From NCBI GenBank assembly GCA_937129385.1, contig CAKZNC010000220.1, positions 32,483 through 96,482 on the forward strand: DNA of 64,000 nt, in the 5' to 3' direction. The first letter of the stretch is position 1. Each line of letters opens with the position of its first letter. The position numbers and the translations under genes are program-made. Positions 17,797-28,450 of the stretch are shown piece by piece. The notes beneath the pieces were generated by a model. That model did not search any database. It was given only the letters and a program-made list of their open reading frames with translations, and was not told the origin of the DNA. This DNA comes from an uncultured Bacteroidota bacterium (lineage in GTDB: Bacteria; Bacteroidota; Bacteroidia; Bacteroidales; GCA-2748055).

Positions 17797-20010
17797 AAAA
17801 CTGATCTCATCAAGTACCCACCGATCTCCTTCAGGCAGGTAAGGTTTTCTGAATGGCATGGCCACGTCGAGTCTCAGAACAAAGAAGTCCACATCCAGTC
17901 TGATCCCCAATCCCCCGCCAGCTGCAAGCTGACCTGCAAACCGGTTGAGCTGAAAACCGCTTCCAGGCAGCTCATCATCCTCATTGAAGAGCCAAATATT
18001 TCCGGCATCCATAAACACAGCCCCTTTCAGCCATTTAACGATTCCAAACCTGTATTCCAGGTTGGTTTCGAGTTTCAAATCTCCAGTCTGGCCAAGACGA
18101 ATTCCCCCGGTCAGTGTATCTGCCTGTTCATATGTCCCCGGCCCCACCGACCTCGATTGAAACGCACGCAGGCTGGTCGTACCCCCCGAATAGAACTGTT
18201 TCTTATAGGGAAGCTCATCTGTATTTCCATAGGGGACACCAACGCCAAGGAACAATCGACCGGCGAGTTTCTGTTTATCAGCAAATTTCCAGTAAAGCCT
18301 GGTGTCGTTGAGCAGTCTTGCATAACGGGCATAAGGAATGCCAAATATTTCCGAGGGTTTTTCATTTAGAATTCCATCTACCAGCGCAATTACATTGCCT
18401 GCAGGCTCTATCGTGAAATTGATCAGGTGGTTCATCCTTCTTTCGTACAGGAGGTTGTTCAGGTTATAGGTATACCTGAAGGAAGAGATGAACTGTTCCG
18501 GGTAATTTCTTTGAAGAAAGCGTGTCACTTCCTGGCGGTCTGAAACATTCTGCAGTCGCTGGTAATCAAGAGATAATATTGTCAATTGATGACTCCTGGT
18601 TGATGTGGTCTTCCAGTGGTAATCCATGGAAAAGTGTATCGTTTTCACCGTATACAACCTGCTCCTGTTGAAATAATTGAACCCTGCCCCGAATCTGGTT
18701 TTGGGATCATAATACATGTTCTTAATCCAACCAGAGAGGAAGCCGGGTGCAATGAAACGAGGGATATCCAATTCCACATTTGTACCAAGCTCAATATTAT
18801 TCAGCCCTTCCGATCCCGAGGAAATCTGTGTCTCAAAACCGGAATTCAGTGTAAACATGAAGGTACTTGCTGTTTGCATCACATTCCTGTTCACATAGCT
18901 CAGGTCAAGACCCGGACCGGCAAAATCATTTGATTTTGTTACAGCCCTTAGTTCAGCCCTCAGTGACTTAGGCTCCTGCTGTACAAGGCGAAGATGTGCA
19001 TCCAGGAAATTTCCATCAGTCGTATCTGATTTGCTAAAACGTAACTGGATGTATTTAAAGACCCCCAGTGAAGTAAGGTTGCTCACTGTCCTCCTGTAAT
19101 CAGCCTCGTCATAACGCTGCCCCTGTTGCAGGTAGACGAATCTCCTGATCAAAGGCTTCTCAAGGTTTAGCTCACCCCTGAAAACATGGTTCAAACCATC
19201 GGAGAATACCGTATCAACTGTTCCGAAGCTTTGATATAAAACCGTGTCATGATGCACGTAAATATGATTGATGTGCCAAACCTTGTCAGCCCCCTCAGGC
19301 AGATCTCCTTTTACCTTCAGGGTAGGTTGGAAGGTCCATTGTTCGCTTGCAGAGTCGAGGCGAAAATAGAGATAGTCCGGAAGGAAGTAGAAATACCCCT
19401 CCCTTTTAAGTTCACCAACAATTCTCTCCCGTTCATTTTTCAATATGTCAAGAGAATACTGTTTACCCTCCTTCACCAGTGTGTTTTCTTTGAGTGCTGC
19501 AATATGTGCAGTGAGTGAATCTTCTACTGCGGGAAACCTGAGTGGTCCGAAATGATAGGAATGCTGAACCTCAACATTATATTTCAGCCGGATCTTCCTG
19601 TTCTCCGTTTCTTTTTTTGTTTCAATATCATAGTTGTAATACCCATTGTTTTTCAGAACATTTCCCAACTCCTCTCTCGTGGCATCAATGGTATAATTCC
19701 TGAATATTACCGGTGGTTCACCTACCTTATACTTGAGCCAGTGACGGAATCCCTTGTCCGGAACGGAATCTCCGGCAAGGTTATACATCCAAAGCCTGAA
19801 GGGGATGAATCCAAATAACTTCCTGTTTTTTTCAAGATCTGCAACTTTATTGAGTTGCTTTTCAACGGACTTTACATTTTCATCGTCTGTTGATTTAACT
19901 TCAACATCAGAATCCTGGTACAGGTACTCACCCTCCTTTATCAGTTTTGTAGTACTGCAGGAGACAAAAAATAGCAGCGGGAGCAACAGGATTATTTTAT
20001 TGATCCTCAT
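17734..20010 (-). CDS. Omp85/BamA-family outer membrane protein, TamA/TamL-like lipoprotein
   Basis: Start moved to MRINKIILLLPLLFFVSCSTT (lipobox LFFVSC). POTRA-like N-terminal part. C-terminal Omp85 barrel with ...LRAFQSRSVGPG... and a terminal ...FNVALGYPF. Overlaps the upstream TamB-like gene by 14 nt. Confidence 0.8.
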   Translation of the reverse strand: MRINKIILLLPLLFFVSCSTTKLIKEGEYLYQDSDVEVKSTDDENVKSVEKQLNKVADLEKNRKLFGFIPFRLWMYNLAGDSVPDKGFRHWLKYKVGEPPVIFRNYTIDATREELGNVLKNNGYYNYDIETKKETENRKIRLKYNVEVQHSYHFGPLRFPAVEDSLTAHIAALKENTLVKEGKQYSLDILKNERERIVGELKREGYFYFLPDYLYFRLDSASEQWTFQPTLKVKGDLPEGADKVWHINHIYVHHDTVLYQSFGTVDTVFSDGLNHVFRGELNLEKPLIRRFVYLQQGQRYDEADYRRTVSNLTSLGVFKYIQLRFSKSDTTDGNFLDAHLRLVQQEPKSLRAELRAVTKSNDFAGPGLDLSYVNRNVMQTASTFMFTLNSGFETQISSGSEGLNNIELGTNVELDIPRFIAPGFLSGWIKNMYYDPKTRFGAGFNYFNRSRLYTVKTIHFSMDYHWKTTSTRSHQLTILSLDYQRLQNVSDRQEVTRFLQRNYPEQFISSFRYTYNLNNLLYERRMNHLINFTIEPAGNVIALVDGILNEKPSEIFGIPYARYARLLNDTRLYWKFADKQKLAGRLFLGVGVPYGNTDELPYKKQFYSGGTTSLRAFQSRSVGPGTYEQADTLTGGIRLGQTGDLKLETNLEYRFGIVKWLKGAVFMDAGNIWLFNEDDELPGSGFQLNRFAGQLAAGGGLGIRLDVDFFVLRLDVAMPFRKPYLPEGDRWVLDEISFSDQTWRQENIVFNVALGYPF

Positions 20011-23000
20011 TTTCTCCTCCTTCCTTTTTCTTATCAATACCAAAAAGTTCCCTGAAGGAGGTAAAGTTCTTGTTGAATAAAAGGGAAACACCGGTTTTTG
20101 TGACCTCACCGTCGATCTCATTCTCATAATCTGTACGGTTGAACACATTCAGCCTGTAGACCCCATCTTTGCTCAACTTGTATTCTGCCCTGAAATCTCC
20201 GGCCAGGTCCCCGGCCTCCAGGGATCTGTTCGATGTTCCGGTCTCCTCGACGGCAACAGAACCACCCACTTCCAGTGTAAGCCTGTCATTGAAGATCTCT
20301 GTAGATACATCTGCACTCAAATCGGTCCGGGCAGACACATCATTCTCCAAACCGGTTTCATAGGAATCCACATTGATATCTAACTCAACGTTTTTTACAT
20401 ACTGATCGGCAAACCTGTCGAGCTGACTGGATAGCAGGGTGCTGATGCTCTGCCTTGACCGGTTGCTGAGCTCGTATGACAACGGGTCTGAAGAGGACGC
20501 AGACTCGGTAATGAAACGATTGAACACAAGAAGGGAGAACACCTGTTTGTTCAGCTCCGATTCGTTGGCCGATAATCTTTCAAGGGCTGAGGTAAGACCT
20601 GCAGAGGTTGGCTGACCACTTTCACGGATCTCAAAAGAGATCTCCGGCGTCAGCAGGGGGCCGGTCAGGTTCATGACAACTTCCAGGGGCACAGTTCCGT
20701 AGTTGCCGCTTTGTTGTCCCGCCCCTCCATATTGCATCAGTTCATTTACTTGTGGTTCTACTTCATAAATTGCAGCCAGGTCTGCTTCTGCTTCCAGCAA
20801 TTCCCCTGACCAAGACAGGTAGCTACCCTCCTCGATATTGAATTCACGCCTGATCAGATCAAAGATCTTTAACTGGTAAATACCCTCTGTGATCTCATAC
20901 CGCCCTGTCAGGCTCATATTCCCACTCCTGTCGAGCAGGAAGCTAAGATTTCCGTTTCCAATGAGTTCCAGGGATTCACCTGAAACCGGGTTAGTAACAA
21001 GTGTCAGCGTCAGGTTATTTGAAAAACGCGCACTTGCTGCCAGCTCCAGGTTCATGTTTGCATCAGCTTTAAGTTCTTTAACAATCCTAACGGAATCGGG
21101 AGCTATGGTATCATTCTCAGTAGCACCAACAAATTCAATAATACCCTCACCTGTCTTTGTTTTCGCCCCGGGAATTATAAATGCGAACCGGGATTCCCTG
21201 TTGAAACCTGTATTCAATTCAATCACCGGATTCTTAAATGTTCCCAACACACTGCCATCAAGATCAGCGTATACGTTTCCATAATAGAGATCTGCCATTG
21301 AAGCAGGTTTGTTCACAAGGTGAAACTCTTTCGCCTTCAGGGTAAGGTCAAAATTTCGGGAAGCGTTACTGTTGAGGTTGATACTACCTTTCAGCACGGC
21401 ATTGTTCCCCTGGTTATCGGTAAGCGTAAGATCATCGAAGCGAATGATCCCTTTTGAGATGGAGACGGATTCCTCTTCCAGAAGAAATGAGGTATTCAGT
21501 GCTTTTGGATTGAATCTTGTTTCCATAAATGTCACCGATCCTTCTATGTCGGGGTTCGAGGTCGGACCGTTCACCTCCGCATGTCCGGAAATCCTTCCTT
21601 CAAGTGCATTCACGCGTGCCGCAAGAAAGGGCCTTAGCAGTACCAGGTCCAGTGAGTCAATGTCAGCGCTGCCGCTAATTGTATTTATGTCGTCCTCCTG
21701 CAACAGGTTGGCCGACGCATCCAGCCCAAGGGTGTTGCCATGGAGGTGCACTTCAAAGAACTGATCGTCAGCTGAATAAACAATTCTCGAGGCCGACAGT
21801 TCATACCAGGTCGAGTCACCGAATTTCCGGTTTACCACAAGTGGCCTGGTTTCAATGATCATGCTGTCCTGATCAAGGTGCAATTGTCCATCTCCACTTA
21901 CGCTGATCAGACCCTCCCGCGTACCGGGAAGGTCTTCAAGTGACGCACTGTATTGCAGATCCATTTCACTGCCGGTCATGGAGGATTTCAATTCAGCCTG
22001 GTGCAGGTACAATGTATCATCCACATACATTCTTTGAAGTTCCAGTCTGTATTTCAAAGGGTCTCTGAGCGCTGAAACTTCCAGCTGCATTGAATCCGCC
22101 CGGTACCCGACATCGCCTGTTGAATAATCAAGACCAACGATGTTCGCATTTCCACTCATGGCGACCGGATCTGTTCCGGTGATGCGGGAAGAGAGTTCGA
22201 GGCTTAAACGTGTGGATTTCTCTGCCAGGTTCAATTTGTCCAGCCGCAGGTAATTCAGCTTTGCCTCCAGGTTGAATGCAGGAACAGAATCTTGTCCATC
22301 ATAGGTGCCGGTCAGGTTATAGTCGATATTTTCATCGGACATAACCGACTTTATTTCTGCTGTTTGATTTTTATAATCTCCAGTGATGCTTAAACCTGAA
22401 TAATTGTATTTCATGATCTCCAGAGTTTGAAAATCCAATTCGGCAGAAAGCCTGGGATCTTTAAATCCTGATGTTTCCAATACTGCTTGTGCTGCAAGGG
22501 TAACTTCACCAATGGTATCCGGCATTTCAAGGATCTGTCCGACATCAAGCTTATCGCCTGCAAGATCCAGGTGAAACTTCTCACTTTGCAAAGAGGAGTC
22601 ACGGGTTGCTTCGATCATCGCTTGCAAAGACCCTGCGCTGGTCAGTACAGACAGGTCGGAAGTGAGATCATAGCTTGATCCGGAAACTTTTCCCTTCACA
22701 TAAACAGTGTCGGGGATACGTAAATTTGCTGGAAAGAGCGAGTCCGGCAGATAGGATTGTAATTTGGAGGTGTATGCTGTCAGTTCCCTGAGATTTAATT
22801 CTCCTTCCAGGCTGTCCGTTTCCGGAAGTCCGGTAAGATGACCGGTAAGATTTAACATGGCTGCCTCTCCAAAGCTTCCTGTGATGCTGTCGATCATCAG
22901 ATCAGCAATGGTCCCACGCACAATCCCATTCAGGGTCAGCTGCGGGAATCCGGTTTTACTAAATTTCCTTTCTGTAATGGCAGCTAATTCGGACAAATCC

Positions 23001-24073
23001 GATTCAGAGCGAAGTTTCACTTCCAGGGCAGAGTGGTAGGGGTCTTCGATCATTCTTTCCATGGAGGGATAATCTACACGCGCATCGAGTGCGACAAGAC
23101 TTTTACCCGTTTGCAATCGAAAGTTCCTGACAGTGGCATTGCTGTTATTAATTTTTGCCTGGAAACCAAGTTCCCTGATATCGACTTTATTATTGTACAG
23201 AACTGTCATTGAGAGGAGGTCTGCCTGGTATTGTTTTCCGCCGGCTTCAATGGACTCTAATTCGGTTGAAAGCTCCTCAAGTGAAAGCACCCTGGTAGTT
23301 TTCCCTCCAGCAATATTTCCGGAGGAGACCATCAGCCGGCTGTTTTCTACATTGAGTTTCCGGAGTTTAAATATCCAGTCAAGTGCTTCAAGCGGATTTC
23401 CTGGTTTTTTTGGTTTGTTCACCTGCAAATCTGCTGTGTCTTTCGGCTGCGTGGTAATATCCAGGTCAAATTTTTCAAGTCGCAGTCTGTCTACAAAGAT
23501 CTCCTTTTGTGCCAGGTCGATTTTTTCAGGTTGGATTCCCAGTGCGGACAATTTGAGATGTATTTTTCCATTGTTGACCCTGTCCATCAGCTGAAATTCC
23601 AGGTCATTGATAATGAGCCTGGCAACCTGTATATCCAGGGGTTGATCATTTTCCCGGGGGGGTGTTTTCCTGTCTCGTTGAAACATAGAGACGATATTCA
23701 GGGTGCTGTCTTCGCTGTCATTCTCGAGAAAGACTCCTGTTCCATCAAGTTTTAATCGTTTGAGCTGGATGCTGTTCTGTGTAAGTGGAATCAGTTTTAC
23801 CCCGATATCGACCTTTTTTGCAATCACGACGGTATCATTAGCAGGACCAACAAGTAAAATGTCTTTCAATTGTATTCTGTTAAAAAAGGATATTTTGAGT
23901 TTTTTAATGGAGATTGCACCCTCGATATTTTCATTCAGACGGCCGACCACCTCCTGCACGATCCGGTTTTGTACAAACGGTACCTGTAACAGCAAGACAA
24001 GCAGCAAAACAATTGAGATCACTGCGATCATTGCCCTGGCAATTACTCTGAGTATGGATTTGAATATTTTCAA
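19997..24073 (-). CDS. translocation and assembly module protein TamB-like (AsmA/DUF490 family)
   Basis: 1358 aa with an N-terminal signal-anchor (MIAVISIVLLLVLLLQV) and a long repetitive beta-rich body. The C-terminal DUF490-like region pairs LTLEVGGSVAV with a ...YRLNVFNRTDYE tail. Operonic with the Omp85 gene. Confidence 0.8.
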   Translation of the reverse strand: MKIFKSILRVIARAMIAVISIVLLLVLLLQVPFVQNRIVQEVVGRLNENIEGAISIKKLKISFFNRIQLKDILLVGPANDTVVIAKKVDIGVKLIPLTQNSIQLKRLKLDGTGVFLENDSEDSTLNIVSMFQRDRKTPPRENDQPLDIQVARLIINDLEFQLMDRVNNGKIHLKLSALGIQPEKIDLAQKEIFVDRLRLEKFDLDITTQPKDTADLQVNKPKKPGNPLEALDWIFKLRKLNVENSRLMVSSGNIAGGKTTRVLSLEELSTELESIEAGGKQYQADLLSMTVLYNNKVDIRELGFQAKINNSNATVRNFRLQTGKSLVALDARVDYPSMERMIEDPYHSALEVKLRSESDLSELAAITERKFSKTGFPQLTLNGIVRGTIADLMIDSITGSFGEAAMLNLTGHLTGLPETDSLEGELNLRELTAYTSKLQSYLPDSLFPANLRIPDTVYVKGKVSGSSYDLTSDLSVLTSAGSLQAMIEATRDSSLQSEKFHLDLAGDKLDVGQILEMPDTIGEVTLAAQAVLETSGFKDPRLSAELDFQTLEIMKYNYSGLSITGDYKNQTAEIKSVMSDENIDYNLTGTYDGQDSVPAFNLEAKLNYLRLDKLNLAEKSTRLSLELSSRITGTDPVAMSGNANIVGLDYSTGDVGYRADSMQLEVSALRDPLKYRLELQRMYVDDTLYLHQAELKSSMTGSEMDLQYSASLEDLPGTREGLISVSGDGQLHLDQDSMIIETRPLVVNRKFGDSTWYELSASRIVYSADDQFFEVHLHGNTLGLDASANLLQEDDINTISGSADIDSLDLVLLRPFLAARVNALEGRISGHAEVNGPTSNPDIEGSVTFMETRFNPKALNTSFLLEEESVSISKGIIRFDDLTLTDNQGNNAVLKGSINLNSNASRNFDLTLKAKEFHLVNKPASMADLYYGNVYADLDGSVLGTFKNPVIELNTGFNRESRFAFIIPGAKTKTGEGIIEFVGATENDTIAPDSVRIVKELKADANMNLELAASARFSNNLTLTLVTNPVSGESLELIGNGNLSFLLDRSGNMSLTGRYEITEGIYQLKIFDLIRREFNIEEGSYLSWSGELLEAEADLAAIYEVEPQVNELMQYGGAGQQSGNYGTVPLEVVMNLTGPLLTPEISFEIRESGQPTSAGLTSALERLSANESELNKQVFSLLVFNRFITESASSSDPLSYELSNRSRQSISTLLSSQLDRFADQYVKNVELDINVDSYETGLENDVSARTDLSADVSTEIFNDRLTLEVGGSVAVEETGTSNRSLEAGDLAGDFRAEYKLSKDGVYRLNVFNRTDYENEIDGEVTKTGVSLLFNKNFTSFRELFGIDKKKEGGENEDQ

Positions 24074-24403
24074 TTAATATTTACTGAATCAGATTAATTC
24101 CTTCGGATTGAGGATTTGACTCCCCAATCTGTCGGAAAGGTTCTACGCATTCCGGATTGATTTGTTCAGAGGTCCACGTCCCATTCAGACTAAATTACAG
24201 AATGAAACGCATGATCTGACGTCCCGATCATCGGAATTCCTTCCTGCAGTGCGATTTCCGTTATATACCAGGTCAAAATATATGCCGTAAATAGCAATGT
24301 TCTGCCTATATAGTCTATCTGAAGCATCCAAACAGCTGTTGTAAGGTAAGAAATAGTTATATTGCAACCCAACAACGGGTAAGCCCTCTATCCGTAAATT
24401 GAA

Positions 24404-27400
24404 ATGAGAAAATCGATTTACTTTTCAATATGTTTATTGTTTTGCGCCCTTATTACCTGGGGACAGGAGGGACTTCCATACATTTCCTATTACAATTCCA
24501 ATCCTGAATTTGAAAGTAGAAACTGGACTGTTTGTCAGGATACAGCGCAAAACATCTATTTTGCAAATAAAAAGGGGGTAACTGAATTTGACGGCACCAG
24601 GTGGCAGACCCATCATCTGCCGTTTATCCCGCTTGACATTGCACGATCGCCGCATCGGGGGGATCTGTTTGTTCTTTCTGAGGGGAATTACGGAAAATTG
24701 CATCGTGACGATTATGGCCGACTTATTTATGATTCGCTTACGGTCGATGGAGAGCTGGACCGAACATTAAAAAAGATACTGTTTTCGGGTTCGAGCGTAA
24801 TCTTTTACGGAAAAGAGCAGATCAGCTTCCTTGATCCGGATTCATATGCATTGCAGCTCCGGCTGTCTGCAGGACCGGGGAACAGGTATGCCGGAATGGT
24901 CGTCGCCGGTGAACGCATCTGGGTGAACCTGGCCGGAAGGGGTCTGATGGAAATTGTTGGTGATTCCCTGCGGAGTGACCGTACGATCCGGACAACATCC
25001 GGAAGGAATATACAGTTCACACTTCCTTTTTCAGAACAGGAGGTGTTGGTGGGATTCGAGAACGGTGAGCTCGTGCTGTTCAATGGCGGCTCCTTCAGGA
25101 GCTATGAGATCTCAAACAAATATTACTTCCATGATTATGGACTTGGGGACGCGGCAATAGTCAATGATTCATTGATGGCGATCTCATCTCTTTACGGGGG
25201 CGTTTTGATAATCAACCGGACGGATGGCAAGGTACGATTCGCGTTGAATTATGAAGGTGGATTGCCGGAGGATGAGGTGTTTTCGGTCCATACAGGAGAA
25301 GATGGAGGCTTATGGATCTCCTACCTGAACGGTGCATGCAGGGTAGATCCTACGTTACCCATAGGTGAATATACAAACTTCCCGGGACTTGAGGGGTTGC
25401 TGATCAATTCCGTGTGGTACAATGGTGTTTTCTATGTGGCCACTTCAGAAGGATTGTTTTTCCTGGATGAAGTTAAAAACTACAAAGAAGTTGAGGTGCT
25501 TCTTAAGCAACTTGTTACTGAAGCAGACCATGGCGAAATGGATTCGGGTGACGATGAGGGTAACCAGGGTTTTTTCAGGAATATCCTTGACAGGGTCAGA
25601 CAGTCTCCAAAGGAAACTGTAGAAAGAACGACCAGGACAACCACAAGATTTATCAGGAAAAAGGAAAGCAAATTACAATCTGTCAAACATGTATTTAAGA
25701 AGGTGAAAGGATTAAACAGTAGTTGTAAAGAGCTGTTTCCTACATCCACCACCCTGCTTGCAGGCTCACCATCCGGACTCTACGGCGTGAATGACAGTAT
25801 TGCCATTCGCATCTCGGACTCCAGGTACATCAATGACATCCATGCGTATGACTCCTCGTCGTTCCTGGTTGTCAGCAATGATGGTTTTGAGATCCTGCAG
25901 GTGGGTGAATCGGGATGGTCCAGGGAAAAAAAACAAGAATTCCTGAACATACCATTATTCGGGGTCTCAAGGTTTAAAGATGAGATCTGGTTGAGTGGAT
26001 ATAACCGTGTTTTCAGGATTCCCGCACCAGGTGGTGAGCTGGAGAATCCCAAAAGCTATCTGTTTGACTCTTATTATCCCGAAGAGTACCACGTCAATTT
26101 ATTCAGAGATACCGTATTTCTTTTTACAACAAGTAATGTCAGGTACTTTGAACCGGAGGCCGATTCATTTTTTATTTATGAGCCCCCGTGGCTCCTGCCG
26201 GGAGCTTATCATTCCATCAATTATTTTGAATCACCAAACGCCTTCAGATGGCTTTACCTTGACAATAAAGTGGTTTTCCTTGACCACCATGTGCCTGGTA
26301 CTGCCCAGATGGAAAAACACCTGGGATTATTCAAAAAAATCACTTCCCTGACCTATAATCCCGGAAATGGTAATTACTGGTTGATCGATGATCAGAACAG
26401 GCTGTTTTCTGTTGCCCCGGAAATTGCGGATCACCATTATGGGAAGTTCAGCATTCATTTCGATAAGATACTCGATAATACCGGGGAGCAGGCCGACATG
26501 GATGATTTATCATTTATGCCGGAAGATCTCCCTCTGAAAATATACCTGAGTGCACCTTTTTTCCCGGGTAACGAACAGACCCAATTCCAGTATAACATCG
26601 ATAAACGGATGGATAAATGGTCGGCCTGGAGTGAATCTCCGCAGTTCAGCCTGTTCCTGGAATCCGGGGACTATTCCATCCTGGTAAGGGCAAGAAATTT
26701 TCTCGGTGAGGTGACGGCCACGAAAAAGATCACGCTTACCGTGGTAACCCCGTTCTATCAGAAACCATGGTTCTTTCTCTCCCTGAGCCCGGTCATCCTG
26801 GTCCTGTTGTATGTGTTTTTCATGCTCAGGGAAAGGAAAATTAAACACGACAAAGCCATTTTGGAGGAGCGGGTTGAGCAGCGAACCGTTGAAATACAGG
26901 ATCAGAAAAAGCAGATAGAGATCCAGCGTGACGAGATCAAGGACAGCATCACCTATGCAAGCAGGATTCAAAGTGCAATATTACCCTCACAGAAACTCTT
27001 TGAAAAATCTTTTTCAGACTATTTTATTCTGTTCAGGCCCCGGGACATTGTCAGTGGAGATTTCTACTGGATCACGGAAAAGAACGGGTCGGTAATATTC
27101 ACTGCTGCCGATTGTACAGGCCATGGTGTGCCGGGGGCTTTCATGAGTATGCTGGGCAATTCCTTTTTGAATGAGATCACGAAAGAAAAGAAAGAGCAGT
27201 CGGCCAGCAGTATCCTGGAACAGTTGCGCCAGATGATCACAACCGCATTATCCCAGTCGGGTAATAATTCGCGCCCGTATGACGGAATGGACATTGCCCT
27301 TTGTATCTATGACAAGAAGAGTGGTGAGATTGAATTTTCAGGAGCGCACAATCCGTTGTATCATGTACGAAACGGAGATCTGACTGTATACAAAGCCAAC

Positions 27401-27682
27401 CGCATGCCCATTGGTTATTATCCGAAAGAACAAAAATTTACCAGTCAGCGTATAAAAGTCAGCGAAGGAGATATCATCTATCTTTTTTCCGATGGTTTTC
27501 CCGACCAGTTCGGTGGTGATAAAAATAAGAAATATACCAAAAAACGATTCAAAAAGACCCTCGTTTCGCTGTCAGACCTTCCCTTGTTACAACAGCAATC
27601 CAGGCTCGAGGAGGTTTTCACTGAATGGAAAGGTGAAAACAGTCAGATCGATGATGTCCTGGTAATGGGTATCCGCATCTAG
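24404..27682 (+). CDS. sensor PP2C/SpoIIE-family phosphatase with periplasmic beta-propeller/Y_Y_Y-type domain
   Basis: Signal peptide, ~750-aa propeller-like ectodomain, TM helix (WFFLSLSPVILVLLYVFFML) and coiled coil. SpoIIE motifs: ITYASRIQSAILP, DIVSGDFYW, ADCTGHGVPGAFMSMLG, DGMDIAL, FSDGFPDQ and DDVLVMGIRI. Confidence 0.8.
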   Translation: MRKSIYFSICLLFCALITWGQEGLPYISYYNSNPEFESRNWTVCQDTAQNIYFANKKGVTEFDGTRWQTHHLPFIPLDIARSPHRGDLFVLSEGNYGKLHRDDYGRLIYDSLTVDGELDRTLKKILFSGSSVIFYGKEQISFLDPDSYALQLRLSAGPGNRYAGMVVAGERIWVNLAGRGLMEIVGDSLRSDRTIRTTSGRNIQFTLPFSEQEVLVGFENGELVLFNGGSFRSYEISNKYYFHDYGLGDAAIVNDSLMAISSLYGGVLIINRTDGKVRFALNYEGGLPEDEVFSVHTGEDGGLWISYLNGACRVDPTLPIGEYTNFPGLEGLLINSVWYNGVFYVATSEGLFFLDEVKNYKEVEVLLKQLVTEADHGEMDSGDDEGNQGFFRNILDRVRQSPKETVERTTRTTTRFIRKKESKLQSVKHVFKKVKGLNSSCKELFPTSTTLLAGSPSGLYGVNDSIAIRISDSRYINDIHAYDSSSFLVVSNDGFEILQVGESGWSREKKQEFLNIPLFGVSRFKDEIWLSGYNRVFRIPAPGGELENPKSYLFDSYYPEEYHVNLFRDTVFLFTTSNVRYFEPEADSFFIYEPPWLLPGAYHSINYFESPNAFRWLYLDNKVVFLDHHVPGTAQMEKHLGLFKKITSLTYNPGNGNYWLIDDQNRLFSVAPEIADHHYGKFSIHFDKILDNTGEQADMDDLSFMPEDLPLKIYLSAPFFPGNEQTQFQYNIDKRMDKWSAWSESPQFSLFLESGDYSILVRARNFLGEVTATKKITLTVVTPFYQKPWFFLSLSPVILVLLYVFFMLRERKIKHDKAILEERVEQRTVEIQDQKKQIEIQRDEIKDSITYASRIQSAILPSQKLFEKSFSDYFILFRPRDIVSGDFYWITEKNGSVIFTAADCTGHGVPGAFMSMLGNSFLNEITKEKKEQSASSILEQLRQMITTALSQSGNNSRPYDGMDIALCIYDKKSGEIEFSGAHNPLYHVRNGDLTVYKANRMPIGYYPKEQKFTSQRIKVSEGDIIYLFSDGFPDQFGGDKNKKYTKKRFKKTLVSLSDLPLLQQQSRLEEVFTEWKGENSQIDDVLVMGIRI

Positions 27683-27816
27683 TTTCCTGTCCCTGGGGAA
27701 TTTCATCCCCCAATATGTGAACCCCCCTCAACATGAAGTTTGAGGATTGTTACTGACATCGTCAGAACCCGTAGTGGAATGAGTTTTGAACATATAGGTT
27801 AAAAAAACATCGAATT

Positions 27817-28410
27817 ATGTTAAAGAATAAGATTTTTCAAATCTCAGTTTTAGTGTCATTTCTAACAGGGATGCAGGCAGTTGGCCAGGAAAAAAAATGG
27901 AACATTGATCCTTCACATTCGGGAATCAGCTTTACAGCGGAGTACATGAGTGTGACCGATGTACAGGGTAAGTTTACCAAGTTTAACGGGACTGCAATTA
28001 CAGAGGGTACCACATTCAATGGTACAGAGGTCAGTGTAACGATCCAGGCCGGCAGTATTGATACAGACAATGATAAACGCGACGGGCATCTCAGGTCGGA
28101 AGATTTCCTGCATACAGAAAAATACCCGGAAATCACCTTTAAAAGTCTTGCATTTAGCCAGGAACATGGTGATGATTACCAGATCAAAGGTGAACTCACC
28201 ATGCGCGGAATCACGAAAACTGAAGTTTTCGACGTGGAATACAAGGGGAAGGTTGATATGGGCCAGGAGGAACGGGCCGGATTTGTCCTGACCGGCACGA
28301 TCAATCGTTTTGATTATGGGGTTGACTGGAGCAAGAACTTCTCCAAGGGGCTTGTTGTAGGCGAGGAGATCAAGATCAAATGTGATGTGTTGCTGGTCTC
28401 GGAGGAATGA
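27817..28410 (+). CDS. YceI family periplasmic protein
   Basis: Signal peptide, then WNIDPSHSGISFTAEYM...VQGKF and DTDNDKRDGHLRSEDFL...KYPEITFKS, typical of YceI-like lipid/polyisoprenoid-binding proteins. Confidence 0.85.
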   Translation: MLKNKIFQISVLVSFLTGMQAVGQEKKWNIDPSHSGISFTAEYMSVTDVQGKFTKFNGTAITEGTTFNGTEVSVTIQAGSIDTDNDKRDGHLRSEDFLHTEKYPEITFKSLAFSQEHGDDYQIKGELTMRGITKTEVFDVEYKGKVDMGQEERAGFVLTGTINRFDYGVDWSKNFSKGLVVGEEIKIKCDVLLVSEE

Positions 28411-28450
28411 AATAAAAATATACTTTTACAGGGTCAAGCAAACACCGATC

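Noticed and set aside
20011-20148. 46-codon N-terminal extension of the Omp85 ORF
   Set aside because: It lies inside the 3' end of the TamB gene. The internal start at 20010 gives a canonical lipoprotein signal peptide.
24104-24160. Direct repeat cggattga (24104..24111 and 24153..24160) in the divergent TamB/SpoIIE promoter region
   Set aside because: An 8-mer repeated once is within chance expectation, and there is no supporting symmetry or phasing.
28382-28450. First 23 codons of the 245-aa ORF overlapping the YceI gene end
   Set aside because: This part has no similarity to the esterase family, uses a start inside the preceding gene, and belongs to the pseudogene's non-homologous leader.
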